Position numbers and translations under genes: made by a program | Notes under the pieces: model-generated | The model's input: only the letters and a program-made list of their open reading frames with translations | Told to the model about the DNA's origin: nothing | The model's database searches: none | Source of the DNA: Podarcis erhardii | Lineage: Eukaryota | DNA length: 64,000 nt | NCBI GenBank assembly: GCA_964252035.1 | Contig: OZ176213.1 | Strand: one strand, 5' to 3' | Shown: positions 24,401 to 38,075 of the stretch, piece after piece | Layout of the letters: each line of letters begins with the position of its first letter | How positions within the stretch are numbered: the first letter of the stretch is position 1

Positions 24401-25789
24401 CACTTGCTTGGATGGAGGACAGATTGGGGTCCATGTGTAGAAACTGGCCTACTGCACAAAGGTTGAATTTGCAATCATTGCCCCATCTACTTTTCCCTCT
24501 AGCCTGGTCTACCATTGGCATGTGGCCCTCAGAAGGCTGCCCAGAATGAAATGTGGCCTTCGTGAGGCTGAAAAGGTTTTGCTGCCCCTGTTCTAAAGCG
24601 CCATGGAAATAATTGGTAAGGAGTCACTTGTATGATTAAGGGGCCATTTGGAGAGGCAGACAGGGCAAGGGAGACGCTCTTTCCTCTTGAGGACTTGCGA
24701 AGTTCCGAAGCTGGAGAAGCGGAGGAAGAGGAGAGTGTGAGAAAGCCAGAGAGGAGAGGCAGGACACCCACTCACCCCACCCTCTCCTCTCCATGCTGCC
24801 CTTAGGTAAGTCATGTGCAGTTCCTGCCCAAACCGCCTCTGGCTCTTGCAGACAAAAGGAACCTTCTTTAGCAGCAGAGAGAAAGCTACGCATTACCCTC
24901 ACCATGACAAATTCATTTGGCCGCCTCAATTATAGGATAAGATCTTGTGACACTCACTAATTTGGAGCCGCGTCTTTTCCATCTGTCCCATAACAGATAC
25001 GAGGATGGGCATTTTTTAATTACAGTGCAACAGAAAAAGAAAAGAAAAGTGGGGTGACTGTAGACAAGGACCTTCCAAAAGGGCATCCAGGATGTGCCCA
25101 TAGAGGAGCAGAATAAGTGTGGAGGCTGTTTTCCAAAGAAATAGGAAAATCTTCAAACCAAAACAATGTCTTCCTTCATGCAGTGGATGTAACAAAGTTG
25201 TTTTAAATTTTTTCTTTTGAATGTTTATACTCCAGCTTTTCATTGTTGCTGCTGGCTGCCTCAGACATTACGTACAAAAATCAGTACAGAAACTCTATTT
25301 TTGCAGCATGCATAAGCCATTGGATGTGCTACCTAGTCTAACACGACAAAAGCGACTTGCAGCCCTGAAAGATGTTACACCAAGTCAGCTTACAAAGGGG
25401 AGAACAGAGGCAGCGGGAAATGAAAGCAGGCAAGCAGCTCTAAACTGGGCTGTGCATATTGCACAGTTCAGACACTCAAACTCTTGGACCGTGTTCACAA
25501 TTTAGGTTAGAGCAAGCAGCAGTTTGGACGTGGGGTCGTACTTGAGACAACATAAACTACAGTGTGTGTATGTGAAATGTTATACACAAAAGGGAGAGCT
25601 TTCTGTGAAGGTCCACATCCACAGCTGCAGGACAGTGGTTGGGAACTTCCGGCCCATGGACCAAATATGACCTTCCAGGCCTCTCCATTTGGCCCACAGG
25701 GCTCAACTGCCCTACATCTGATGCTATACATACGCTCCCCTCCACCGTGTGCCTCTCTTATAGTTCCACACCTCTGCTAAAAAGCTGCC

Positions 25790-25920
25790 CTTGCCAACCT
25801 GGGGCCCTCCAGATGTTTTGGACTACAACTCCCATCATCCTTGACCATCCGTCAATGGACTGATCAAAGCTGTGATCCAAAATATTTATCTGAAGGGCAC
25901 CAGCTTGCCAAAGGTTGCTC
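25790..25920. mobile_element. Hairpin hAT-like MITE, degenerate
   Basis: GCCAACCTGGGGCCCTCCAGATGTTTTGGACTACAACTCCC ... CTGAAGGGCACCAGCTTGCC. Confidence 0.55.
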
Positions 25921-27113
25921 TGGAGACTAGTTTTCTGCACATCCAAGATAGGCCAGTATCTCAAGAGAGTGGCCACACTTGATGCGATTGGAGAGGTGGG
26001 CCAAATTCCCTCTCCCACCTTGTGATCTCAGTCCCTGACCCACAAAAGCATATTAAAGAGCACAGAAAAAAGTCCTTTGTTCTGCCATAAATGGGGAGAG
26101 TGTAACTTATCTAAGTCCAAAGGGGGAGAAATGCCTTTGGTATACAGCGTAAACTGAACTGAAAGCACCAGCGGAATAATAAAGACATTCCGGGACAGTC
26201 TCCTAACATTTCCCCTGGGCACATCGGCCTTTTAATAGGCAACATATAAGATTTCCGAAGGTGGGGATGAACCGTCTTCGAAAGAGAAGCAAAGGCAGCA
26301 ACATCTTAACTAGTAAATTAAACCCATACTGCACACTCTCCCATGTCGGGGGAGAGAACCCGATAAAAGGGCCCGTATTACAACAATGCCCCAAGAAAAG
26401 GGTCTCTCGGGGAACCTTGAGTCTGAAAAGCTTCAAAAACCTGGCACGAGCTTTCGGGAAGATTCGCTTGAGGTAAATTGCATAATAGGAAACTAAGCCT
26501 GCGTCTCTGAGAGACGCAGAAACCTAATGAGGAAATACTGCCGGAGAAATATGCCAGTAAGCTGAGCCCGTAACACAAACACAAGTGGGCAAGGGCTTTC
26601 GTTCTTTACAGCAGCTTCTGTCGTGGTCAGACTCCACCGTTGAGTATTAATCTCTCAGAAAACATATACAGGGAAACTAGAAAGAGAATTATCCCATCAC
26701 CTTATAGCAAGCACAGAACTTTCTGTTATCTCTCATGTCAAATGTCAACCCTGTGTGTCTTTCTTTGCTAGTTGACAAGGATAAACAATTGCGACCAAAT
26801 ATATTTTGATCACATTTACCAGTAAAATGGAAGTTCTGAAGAAGTCACATTGCTAAGCTGATGGGTGGCAAATGTGGTACTCTCCATACATTTTGAGACT
26901 CCAGCATGGCTAGTACATAGGGACGATGAGAGTTTTAGTCCAACAGCATCTAGAGAACACCATGTTGCCTGCGTCCAACTTAGCTTCCTAGATGTACCTG
27001 TTTAAAAGTCTTCTAAAGTAATTGGCGAGGAGGGTCTCCCATTAGCATCATACAGTACTGACTACTCCATACTTGGCACAGGAAATGGAACACAACAACA
27101 TTACTAAAAAGAG

Positions 27114-27451
27114 TATTTACAAAAACATTGTAATTTGGTTGAATGTTAAGAAGGATGCTAGATTATAAAAAATTGGCCACCACTAAATTAGATTTTGAAC
27201 TTGATGATAAGTGAGATTAAAGAAAACATAAATTTTATGGAGAATTGCTAGATTATACTTAAATGAGTGGATATAAGATCGTAAACAAGTTGATAATTTG
27301 CTTGGAAAAACCTTTTAACGATGTAAATGGGAGCGAGAGACGTGAGGGAGTCCAAAGAAGTGATGAAACTACGTTGTGATATAAGTAAGATTGTTTATTA
27401 TTGGTGCATTTGTATTCAAAAACTCTAATAAATATTTATTAAAAAACAACA
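27114..27451 (+). mobile_element. Heavily 5'-truncated L1/Tx1 copy with 22-bp TSD
   Basis: ACAACAACATTACTAAAAAGAG occurs at 27092-27113 and 27452-27473. There is a remnant RMLDYKKLA peptide like the C-terminus at 2081-2311, and AATAAA with an A-rich end. Confidence 0.75.
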
Positions 27452-27669
27452 ACAACAACATTACTAAAAAGAGGGTCCAGGGGTGAGCCAAAAACAGGGA
27501 GCAGAATTAGGGTAAGCGCCATAATGAGAGGAGCCAAGACTAATTTTTACTCTCAGCCACCTGCTTGACTAGTAAGCTTGGAAGGGGGACCAAACTCACA
27601 TTTTTCATTGCCAGGCATGCTGACAGTCCACAGGGAAACAAAAGATAAATACAGTACGCACCATCTAAT

Positions 27670-27728
27670 ATGCTGTAAACCGCTTTGAGATTTTTCTTTA
27701 AAATAAAAAGCGATATAGAAATGAAATA

Positions 27729-27770
<42 letters not shown>
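27670..27770 (+). repeat. LINE/SINE 3' tail remnant with (AAT)n microsatellite
   Basis: TGTAAACCGCTTTGAG..AAGCGATATAGAAAT followed by about 14 AAT units. Confidence 0.6.
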
Positions 27771-27771
<1 letters not shown>

Positions 27772-29589
27772 TGCCCACCATATAAATACTCACCATCTTA
27801 CAAATTTCATGCCCTTGATATATCTGAATGTACTTGCTTGGCTTATTCAGACATTTGTACAACATTTACAGTATCAAGTCGTATGTGTAAATTAAGATGG
27901 ATGTACTGGTGCTTACTGGATTGTTCGTGTGAGCTGACAGGGATTTCCCCACCTGTCTTTTTCTCCTTTCTTTCCTCTTGCTTTTCCTTCCTTTAATAAA
28001 GAAATGCGGATAAGCATTTTCGCACTGCCTTCCCTTCCCTTCTATAAGGCATCTGTGCCATTTACCCCAACCACGTCTCTTTTTCTTCTTCACGCCTATC
28101 AACCAACACACCTTGCACCAAAAGGCAAAGGCTGTCATGCTTAATAGGCTTGGGAGAGCAAAAAATGAATGTAGCAAATAAAAAAGAGACTCCATACAGA
28201 TTCACACTATTTGGTGAGCATCTTGCTAGAGCAGTGTCTCCCACTGCTGAATCAAAACCAGAGGCACTCTTATACCTGAAAAGGTCAACAAGAACTGTTT
28301 GCCCTTGCTACAGTCATGAGCGCTTGTCTTGACTACAAGGAAGCAAGCCCAGTGCAATGACTCATGCAGAGATGCAATGGGCAGCCTCTTCTTGTGGAGC
28401 ATTTTACTTTGAGCTCACAAGAGCCTTTCATTCTTTAAATGGCTTTATTTTGTTTCAGCATGCTAACAGCTTTCTTGTGGCAAACCAGTGTGCGCTGGCA
28501 CAGAGTTTAAATATTGCTCCATGTATGTGACTGTGTGTTTTATTATAAATCGACAGTCATTTCCTAATTCTGTATCAGGCTTTGCAGAGCAAGCTGCAAC
28601 TCCAGAACAGCCAATTCTCAGAGTGGAGCACAAATCAGCTTTCGCTAACCACCGATACAAAATTCTCAAACCTATAAATTAAATTAATAAAAGGACAAAG
28701 ACTCCTTTTGTGCATTTCCAAAGCCTGGAGGATTTTACAAATAATAAGACGGGAAAGTGATTTATACTCCTAGATTAAAAGCTGGGTTGGCACGCACAGC
28801 TCTTTAAAAAGAGCACAAAACTTTCATTAACTCATTCGGGAGCAATGTTTTAAAGTCACAGCTTTTGCTGTTCCTCACGAAAAAGACCTATGCAAAGAGC
28901 AGGTTAGCTGCAATCCAAAAAGGCTGGGGTGGGGAAAATAAATATTGTATGGGTCCCATCAATGTGAGAAAAATATGTGAAACAAAGTTAAACTATATGT
29001 ATTTGGCACGTTTAGCCAGGAAATCAAATAATGCACTGAAACGTCAATAAAAAACAGAAGACGTTTCATTACTGGTTACAGCCATCTTTTTTCAAAAGGG
29101 CAAAAAAAACCAAACCCACCCTGCTTTCAAGAAAAGAACTTTAAAGTTTAAACATTAGTTAGTTTTTTAATCTTTTTCACCCAGAATCAAACAGCTTTTC
29201 TGCCACCCACAGCTCCTGTCTCATACTCCAGCCCATCAATATGTTAAAAGTAGATTTTGCCACCTACCATCTTCTTGATGGACATGCCAATCACAACACC
29301 TGCCAGTCCTTCCTTTGCCCCCTTACCAGTTTCAAGCCCCCGTACTCGTTCTCCCCCCCCAGTATCATTAATTAACAAACAGCAACATATATTTCTCTGT
29401 TCCCCCTTTATCCCAACTATGTTTGCCAACTGCACCGTTTTTCATCATTTAGCAAACTTGAGAAATCTCCGTAAGGTACGGAATATTCAAAGCACACACA
29501 GTGAGAGCTTCAATTTATTAATTTATTTTTAAAGGCTACAGAAGGAGAAATGCCATACACCTGGTACATTTGAAACAGACTCGCCTAAG

Positions 29590-29822
29590 AGAGACAGTGG
29601 TGCACAGTGGTCGGACTAGGACCTAGGAGACCAGGGTTCAAATTCCCACTTGACCATGAAGCTCACTGGATGACCTTGGGCCACTCACTGCTCTCAGCCT
29701 AGCCTACCTCACCGGGTTGTTGTGGGGATTAAAGGAGGATGAGGAGAACCCTGCATGATACCTTGAGCTCCTTGGAGAAAAGTGAGGTATAAATGCAACA
29801 GTAAATAAATAAATAAATAAAT
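29590..29822 (+). mobile_element. Squam3-like SINE
   Basis: GGACTAGGACCTAGGAGACCAGGGTTCAAATTCCC head, a CORE-like GACCTTGGGCCA..CTCAGCCT segment, an L2-like tail and (AAAT)n. Confidence 0.82.
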
Positions 29823-30267
29823 GGGGCTATCAGCCTAACGGCAAGGAAGGAAAGAATTTCTCCAGGTAAATCCTTCTGCCAATCAAACCGTCATAGCATC
29901 TCCCAAAGAATCTTGAGATCTGTTATTCGGTGAGGACACCAAAAAATTCAATACTAGAGCTCCCCAGCCTTCCAGATGTGTTGGAATGCAAGTGGGACTG
30001 AACAGTCAGAAAGGGGAGGGAACCTCTTTCTAGGTGTGAAATTGACATGTGAAATAGACTTAGCTGCCCCAACCCTAGTAACAAGTGAGCAATCCCCAAC
30101 CCTCTTTAACAATCAAATGATACTTCCCTTAAATAAATTTCTTGAACTTCTCAGATACTATTGGTTTTCAGCTGATGTGCTGAAAGCACCATGGTTACTT
30201 TTTTAAAAAAGAAAGAGAGAGAAAAGAGAAAAGGAAAGAGAGGAAGAGACAGGACAGGACAGATATA

Positions 30268-30616
30268 AAGGTAAAGGGACCCCTGACCATTAGGTCCAGT
30301 CGTGGCCGACTCTGGGGTTGCGGCGCTCATCTCGCGTTATTGGCCAAGGGAGCCGACGTACAGCTTCCGGGTCATGTGGCCAGCATGACTAAGCCGCTTC
30401 TGGCGAACCAGAGCAGCGCACGGAAACGCCGTTTACCTACCGCTTAGGAGCAGTACCTATTTATCTACTTGCACTTTGTGCTTTCGAACTGCTAGGTTGG
30501 CAGGAGCAGGGACTGAGCAACGGGAGCTCACCCCGTTGCAGGGATTCAAACCCCCGACCTTCTGATCAGCAAGTCCTAGGCTCTGTGGTTTAACCCACAG
30601 CGCCACCCATGTCCCT
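30268..30616 (-). mobile_element. Sauria SINE, full length, with 14-bp TSD
   Basis: ACAGGACAGATATA occurs at 30254-30267 and 30617-30630. Confidence 0.95.
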
Positions 30617-31423
30617 ACAGGACAGATATAGTAAATAATTAAAATGGATCCTTATAATGCAGACAGGGGTAAAAGCAGGGGGCTGGAGCTGAGCAGGTTG
30701 GAAACTGCTGTCCATCCCAGCCAAGTTTTCCATCAACAAGCCAAATCTTGTGGACCTTTAAGAATGTTGTGAAATGGAGACCTGGCCTCAAAAACAGAGG
30801 CGGGTCCCTGCAATTCCACACCTGTTAGTCCATGGGCTAAAAGCCTCTTACAGGGTCGCCGTGGATTAGACGTCTGTAACAGGCTGCCAGGATTAACCTG
30901 ATTAAGAGCTGCGATTGGGGCAAGAGAGATCGTGTGTGTTTGGAAGGGGACGGGAAACGTTTCCAAGCGAGAGTGGGGTGGGGTTTGGGTGGTCCTGCAA
31001 GAGAGAATGCACGAGCAATGGCAAGATGAAATCCAATCGCCATACAGGAAGCCTTCGCAAGGCTCAAGACAAATCCTTAAGAAAATAGAAAAGAATCCGG
31101 GAACGAGAATCGGGTTACCGCTGAAACTACAACTGGCATATTACCAATGCATGTATGCTTCATGATTGACAGACGTTCCTCTGGATGTCAAGTGCTGGGG
31201 GTGCTATCTTCGTGTACTTCAAACCTCCTGGGATTTGCAGAGTGAGTGCATGCCCCCAGGGATTGTTCCATCTTGCTTATAATTTTTTCTTTTCTTTTTT
31301 TGCAGAAAAGAAAGCTAAATCAACTGGAAAAGGCAGGTCTGCATTAGGGGGTGCTGCTTGAAGCACTGAGCTCTAAAGCTTTAAATTGCCAATTTTAGGA
31401 GCACGTGAGTTGCTCAGGTAAAT

Positions 31424-31591
31424 CACATAGGAAGCTGGTTTATACTGAGTCAGACCCATTGCTCCAGCTAGTTCACTAGCAGCAAGGACTATCCAGGATC
31501 TCAGATATCAATCTTCTCCCAGTTCCATCCGGAGATTTTGGGGACTGAACTTTCTACTTGAAAAGCAAGTGCTCTACCGCTGTGCTACAGC
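31424..31591 (-). mobile_element. tRNA-headed SINE with CR1-like tail
   Basis: CATAGGAAGCTG..TATACTGAGTCAGAC tail and GCTCTACCGCTGTGCTACAGC head, both in reverse orientation. Confidence 0.65.
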
Positions 31592-33554
31592 TTTTGCCCT
31601 GTCACTAGCTCTGTGGTGTTCCAAAGCATGCCTTTGCGTGTGCACAGGTACTTTAAGGATGGGGTAGTGGAAAGGTTGTGCATCTCACAGTATCATGGCC
31701 ACATAAGTCAAGCAAGGTGTGTGCTTCAGTGCCCCTGCCCAGGTCTACCATTAGGAAGACAGGAAGACAGGAAGTCCGGCCATAGGTCCATTTGGCCCAG
31801 TGCTGTTGACATAGACTGGCAATAGCTCCCCAGATTTCAGACAGAAGGGAGATGGACCTTCTGCATGCAAAAGCTTTCCCCATTCACTCCTCTGTCACTT
31901 CCATATCATTTAGGGAGTATAGCTCAGTGATAGAGCACCTGCTCTGCATGCAGAATTGCCCAGGTTCAATTCTCCAACTTCCTCCTCCTTAGTCTCACCA
32001 TGGCCCTTGTAGAACAGGAAGGAAGAGGAGGACAGGGGCAAAACTAGAATGAATTGGCTCTGCCTCTCATTGGCTCTGACCCTGCCTACTGTTTGGGCCC
32101 CATGCCTTCTGCCCTATCAGTTCCAATGGGCACCAGGCACCATTAAAGGCAGCTGAAAAAGTGTGTGAAACAGCAGAAGTACAAATGCCTTCCAGACTGT
32201 TGTTCGTTCGCTTGTTGTTTTGTACTACTGTTGTTATTGCTGCTAATAGTATTATCAACATTTTGAGTTACGAATCACTTTTCATATAAATTGCAAGACA
32301 ATCCAAAAGTTCAACCTGTGCAGAAGTATCGAACATATTTTGATTTTGTTCCTCTGGATACAACTGAAGAGGATGGCCTTACATTGCGTGGAGATTCATT
32401 TTTCATGCACGGAAACCCATGCACCAATATATGAGCGAACATGTGCATGTTTGGGCACGAAAAAGCAACATGTTACATTTGTGAAAGCAGGAAACAGGAT
32501 TCTCAAATTTTCAAACCTCCACATGCACAGAATATCTGTGCACAAACTCACAATCAACCCATCTGAATCTTTTTTAAATATCTGGTTCGCGTTTATTTCC
32601 CTGGGGGAACCTCTATTATATTTCAGTTCCAGCTAGAGAAGATAAATGGCGATCCCTTTCTGGTTTGGCAGGGCTAAAGAGTAAAGATGCAATACTTTAG
32701 AACCAGCCTACCATTCCCACCCCTAAACTGTCTTCTTTGCAGTAGCCTGGCTTAAGAGCTGGATCCTGCATTATCACCAGACCATCACATTCTTCAACTC
32801 TGAAATCAATTCTGTCTCCCTCTAGCTCTGCATTTATTTATTTATTTCCTATCCTAATGCAACCCCCGACTATTCAAATTGTCAGCTACCGCATTTCTAT
32901 TTTTGCTATCCTTGCCTCTCATTTTCTTAGCAAGAATGAAAAGCAGAAGAGAAAGGAAGGGGGTGGAAGGGAAGCAGCAGAATTTTTTAATCTCCTTTGT
33001 TTCATTACAGTTGGATTCACAAGTGCTTCTCGAAAGCCCTCAAACCTGGGCTCCGCACATCTGTTTGTCAATTGGGCCTGCTAATTCCAGGCATGCCATG
33101 AAAGAACAGCTAACAAGCCAACGATACGTGACGCTTGCAGCTCTCGTTGAAACACAAAACCCTCTTCTCCAGCCTATTGCTGTCAATTTTGATGGACAGG
33201 ATTCCCACCACAATTCAGAATGTGCTTTCCTACAACAAGCTAATTTGGACATGATGAAACTTAGACTACCATTAGCTCTTTTTAAAGCTCCAGGAATCTG
33301 AGCAGGTCTATCACTATCAGACAGGCACCTTCACTGCCTTCTAAAACATTGTTTGTGTAGGCAACCCTACCCAGGCATGAAAATTCATTATGTATATCTG
33401 ACAATTAAAAACTGTGGATTATATCTATAGATCATTTCATGACATTGCTTGTTTTAAAATGTTTTAAACTTGAGTTTGATCTTATCTGGATTCAGCTTCT
33501 GCTTACTGGTTCTCACTCAGTCCATTATTACCAAAATCAGAATTCGACGCAGTA

Positions 33555-33700
33555 CTTCCACTGCCACACCTGCAGATGTACAGGTGAAACAGAACTGTGT
33601 GTCATCAGCATACTGACAGCACCTAGCAGTTTCATATAGGTGTCAAACAACATCCAGGAGCTCCAGAAGGGGCTGTTGAAATAGGACTTAAATCACCATG
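33555..33700 (-). mobile_element. Old L2/CR1-type RT remnant
   Basis: The minus strand translates ..LFDTYMKLLG..CQYADDTQF. Confidence 0.6.
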
Positions 33701-34197
33701 AAGCAGTGCTACTCTGTTCAGACAGGGAAATAACACAGTTTGATGATATCGAAAGCCACTTCCTTAGGTATTTCCTTTCCTTTCCAAACTCTTTCAAAAC
33801 ACAGTGGTTTCAATTTCTCATAAATTATTTGCTCCCACTTGTCTTCTCTCATATTTTTTTTTTTTAAATTAGCTTCTGAAAATACTTACAACATAGAATC
33901 TGCATATACCTCCCCTCTCCCAGAAATATTTCACTGCCAGGAGGAGTGCAGAGAGAAGAAACACCAAGGTGCATCTACAGCAACACAACCGGATGCCTTC
34001 ACCTTCCCCAGCTGCAACAAAACATGTCTCTCTATATCGGTCTAAAAACAGCCACAGCAGGCGTTGCAACCTTCCAACAGTTTGACTTTATCCCCCAAAG
34101 TGCACTCCTCTGTTGTTTCCTGAGACAAACAAATGCCACACACACACACAACAAATTATACAGTAAAATATTTACCAGGTTTGCATATGAATTTATA

Positions 34198-34423
34198 CAG
34201 CGGTACCTCGGGTTAAGTACTTAATTCGTTCCGGAGGTCTGTCCTTAACCTGAAACTGTTCTTAACCTGAAGCACCACTTTAGCTAAGGGGGCCTCCTGC
34301 TGCCGCTGCGCCGCCGGAGCACAATTTCTGTTCTCATCCTGAAGCAAAGTTCTTAACCTGAAGCACTATTTCTGGGTTAGCAGAGTCTGTAACCTGAAGC
34401 GTATGTAACCTGAGGTACCACTG
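34198..34423. mobile_element. pogo/Tigger-like MITE, family A
   Basis: TA|CAGCGGTACCTCGGG ... GAGGTACCACTG|TA. Confidence 0.92.
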
Positions 34424-34539
34424 TATTTGGTTATATCAATTAAGTATCTTCTACTCTCTGTCTTAACAGACTGTCTCGCAGTGAGCCATGGGTAGCTTGT
34501 GACAAACGTACAACATTGTCCTTCAAATGTGTACCATAC

Positions 34540-34910
34540 ATTTTCAAAATTGCCTTAGATGCTTCCTAAGTTTTTTCCGTAAGAGCCATGCTCCATAGTC
34601 AATCCTGCCATGCTTCTAGCTATTTTCCAATATTGTTCTACAAGATTTCTAGCTGCAGACATAACAGAAGGAGAAAAGAATCTTAAGGAAGAACAGTTTG
34701 GCTTAAAAGGGGTTTTATTGGGGACTCTCTGAATTAACTTTGAATACCATTCCAATCCAAACAATGAATTTGCTTTGCTTGATGTCTACTGACAACTCTA
34801 ACAGATGCTCTAGCTGTGACCACTGGTTCCTAAATCTTGGAATGATTCTTCCCTGGCCATCTACATAAGTGGCCTCCAATGTTTTGAGGCCAATCTTGAA
34901 CCCAACAGAC
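34540..34910 (-). mobile_element. Degenerate L1/Tx1 ORF2 C-terminal remnant
   Basis: The minus-strand peptide VMSAARNLVEQYWK resembles the L1/Tx1 AAR..W-K motif also seen at 2081-2311. Confidence 0.5.
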
Positions 34911-35054
34911 ATTTCAAGGACCTTTTTCTTTTCTTTTTAAAATTATGCATCGGCAACATGGTTGGCCTGCTGTTATAACCCATCTTAGCTCAGGCTGCAA
35001 CCCAGTTCTAGGCCCCGATCCAGAAACTGAGACCAAAGACCTACATTGCTATAG

Positions 35055-35200
35055 ATCAAGTATGGGGAATCTTTCGCTCCTCCGGGGGCTGCTGAACTAC
35101 AACTCTCATCATTCCTGGTTGTTATGGCCATGTTTGCTGGAGGGCTGAGGGGAGTTGTAGTTCAGCAACATCTGAAGGGCCAAAGACACCCCACACCTGA
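35055..35200. mobile_element. Hairpin hAT-like MITE
   Basis: GCTGCTGAACTACAACTCTC / GGGAGTTGTAGTTCAGCAAC inverted arms. Confidence 0.55.
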
Positions 35201-36037
35201 TCTATACTGAAACAGCTTTGCTGCTCTTTGTATCTGGGAGACATCACTAATTCCTCTGAAGGAGCCTGCTCTGCCATAGCCCGTTCTTAAGAGACATATT
35301 GACTCTCCTCACATCAGCATTTTGCCCAGTCTTCTTGAAGGCCTCATTTGGAATATATCACTTCAAAAAGCAAGAACAAACAACAGCAACAACCCTTCCG
35401 CTTATTTTAGTTTTGGCTGTTCTGCTCAGCTGGTTGTGTCCCAAAACACATCCCAACAAATTGGAGGTGGGGTGAGGGTTAAGCTGCAGATTTCTTCTTT
35501 TAAAAATCAATTTATTACCCTGATTATCTTCGACTGACTCTGTATTTCCAGAGAATAGGAAAGCATCTGCAAAGCGTTAACAGTATAAATACATGGCTCT
35601 GGAAATTTATTATTATTTTTAAAATAATTCATTAAAAAAACCAAGAACCCATAGTGTATCTTTAGAGAATCTGGCCATCTTGAAGAATTGTCAATGGTAT
35701 GCCAAAGCCACATTTGGGGAACTCTCAGTTGTTACAGGGAAATTTCCTGGACTGACCCTGTGATGTGGGATTTCTGGAAAAGTCTGAATTTCAAAAATTT
35801 CCGCCGCAAATTAGGGCAATCTGCACGGGGTAATTTTCAGTCTCCATCAGAAATTTATCTGATGCCCTAGACTCTAGGGCCTAGAGAGTGATCTCATCTG
35901 GCATGTTGATCTTACTTGCATTTTAACAAACAAAGCTAAAAACTTTTGAAACTGCCAAGTTTGTCCAATTTTCAAACTGGCATCCCTTAATTGTTACTAA
36001 TAAAATCATGAAATAGAATTTTTTCCACTGAAGAATA

Positions 36038-36392
36038 AGGTAAAGGGACCCCGACCATTAGGTCCAGTCATGACCGACTCTGGGGTTGCAGCGCTCATCT
36101 CGCTCTATGGGCTGAGGGAGCCGGCGTTTGTCTGCAGTCAGCTTCCAGGTCATGTGGCCAGCATGGCTAAGCCGCTTCTGGCGAACCAGAGCAGCGCACG
36201 GAAACGCCGTTTACCTTCCCGCCGGAGCGGTTCCTATTTATCTACTTGCACTTTGATGTGCTTTCAAACTGCTAGGTTGGCAGGAGCAGGGACTGAGCAA
36301 CGGGAGCTCACCCCATCACAGGGATTCACCGCCGACCTTCTGATCAGCAAGTCCTAGGCTCCGTGGTTTAACCCACAGTGCCACCTGCGTCC
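36038..36392 (-). mobile_element. Sauria SINE, full length
   Basis: Colinear with the copy at 30268. No clear TSD. Confidence 0.92.
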
Positions 36393-37789
36393 TGGAAAAA
36401 TGTTCCACCTTTTCTGCTCCACAATAATCCATTTCTACCCAGGGGTCTGGAAGGAAAATAAAGTGCACAATCTTGCAACACCAGAAACAGCACACACCCT
36501 CCATGCTTGATCATTCTTGACTCCCCCTATCTACCCGCTCCAATTCATGTTTGCAAGACCAAGCATTAAAAAAATTGGAAGAAGCAATGAGAGGCCATGC
36601 CTACCTCTGCAAAAGGTACAGTGGCAGCCTTGCCGCAAGAGAAGGTGAGGCACCTCAGGCAGGAGACTTTGGGCAAGATTACATAACAAGAGCCCCATGG
36701 AATCAGGAGAAAGGGTCCCCATCTAGATCACAGTGGTCAACCAGATGCCCCAATGGGAAGCCCATTAACACAAGCTCCCTCTCCCCACTTGTGATGTCCA
36801 GCAGAGACATACTGCCTCCAACAGTGGAGGGAGTGCACAGCTATCATGGAAACACATGCCATGTCTGCTCAGAATGAATGTGCTGGAGACAAAAGCTGGG
36901 TTGGCCAATGTTTACTCAACAGGTCCAAGAGGTCCCCAAGTACAACCAAGAGCCTATTCTATCGTCTGATCTCACCTATATATGAGCAGCTTTCGTGATC
37001 CCTTCCGTCCAATGGTAGATCGAGTTACAGCACCCTACCACTTCCTTGCATCCTTAATTCCACCCCACAACTGCCCATAATGACATGAGGTGACTGGCAG
37101 CTGTCAAAGTTCAAAGAGGCTTTTTGTTGCTGCCAACCAGCTAATTGGCTGTTTCAGCGACCTCCATTGAAGGTGTGCCATTAGTGCCATACAGCTGATT
37201 GTGCATGGAAGAGTCAAAGGGGCTTCCTTCAATCGCTGGTGAACTGAATGGTGGTTACAGGTAACCTCTCCTATTTGCAGGAAGTGGTTTGGATTGAAAC
37301 AACAACAAAAAACGCTCTGTAGCAAGTGAACTCATATTGCTTGCTGCAAATGGAGCATTCTCTCTCTACAGACACGTATCTTCCAATATGTCATTGGAAG
37401 GGAAGATGCAAAGGCTGAAACAACAGATAACTACAGGAAATCCACAAGACATGTTTGGCAGCTTACCTCGTAATGGTAGTCCATGCAGGTCAGATCTCTC
37501 CAGCAACGATCCCCTCGGATTTTGATCAAACCCTGTCAAAGAAAAGGGGGGTGGGGCAGAAAAGGGAGGTTCTTTTTAGCATCACAATTCAGATGAGAAT
37601 TGAAAAGCCGTATTTATTAAAAGGTGTTAAAAGGTATTTCCAAAATCTGGATCCTTCCTTTCAATGGACTTCCAACATTTGGTAATGAAAATACAACTAA
37701 AAACCAGGAAGGTTGGGGGTTAATTAAACACCCACAACACATGCAAAGGCTATGAACACTGAGTGCTCCTACAGTTCCTGAGCACACAA

Positions 37790-38075
37790 GTTTTCCCAAA
37801 AATATTTTGGTTCAAAAGCAAGGCAAATGGTGCATATGGCATTTTTCACAATATATCAATAACAATCAGCTAGTGGTGATGCCCTGTTTGCACACATCGT
37901 TTTGTGTGCATTGCCTCCTAATATAATTTTTATATAACACCACTATGCCCTGTGCTCTGCACATTTCTTTGGCTGGAGTACTGATTCGCAAAAATCAAAG
38001 TTGTGTGTATTTCAAATGAGAGCCGAGTTTCAGCACACATATTGTTTTGGAAAGTGTGAATTAGGTAGGTTTGCA
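37790..38075. repeat. Old degenerate interspersed repeat
   Basis: Similar in reverse orientation to 13090-13420. Confidence 0.45.
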
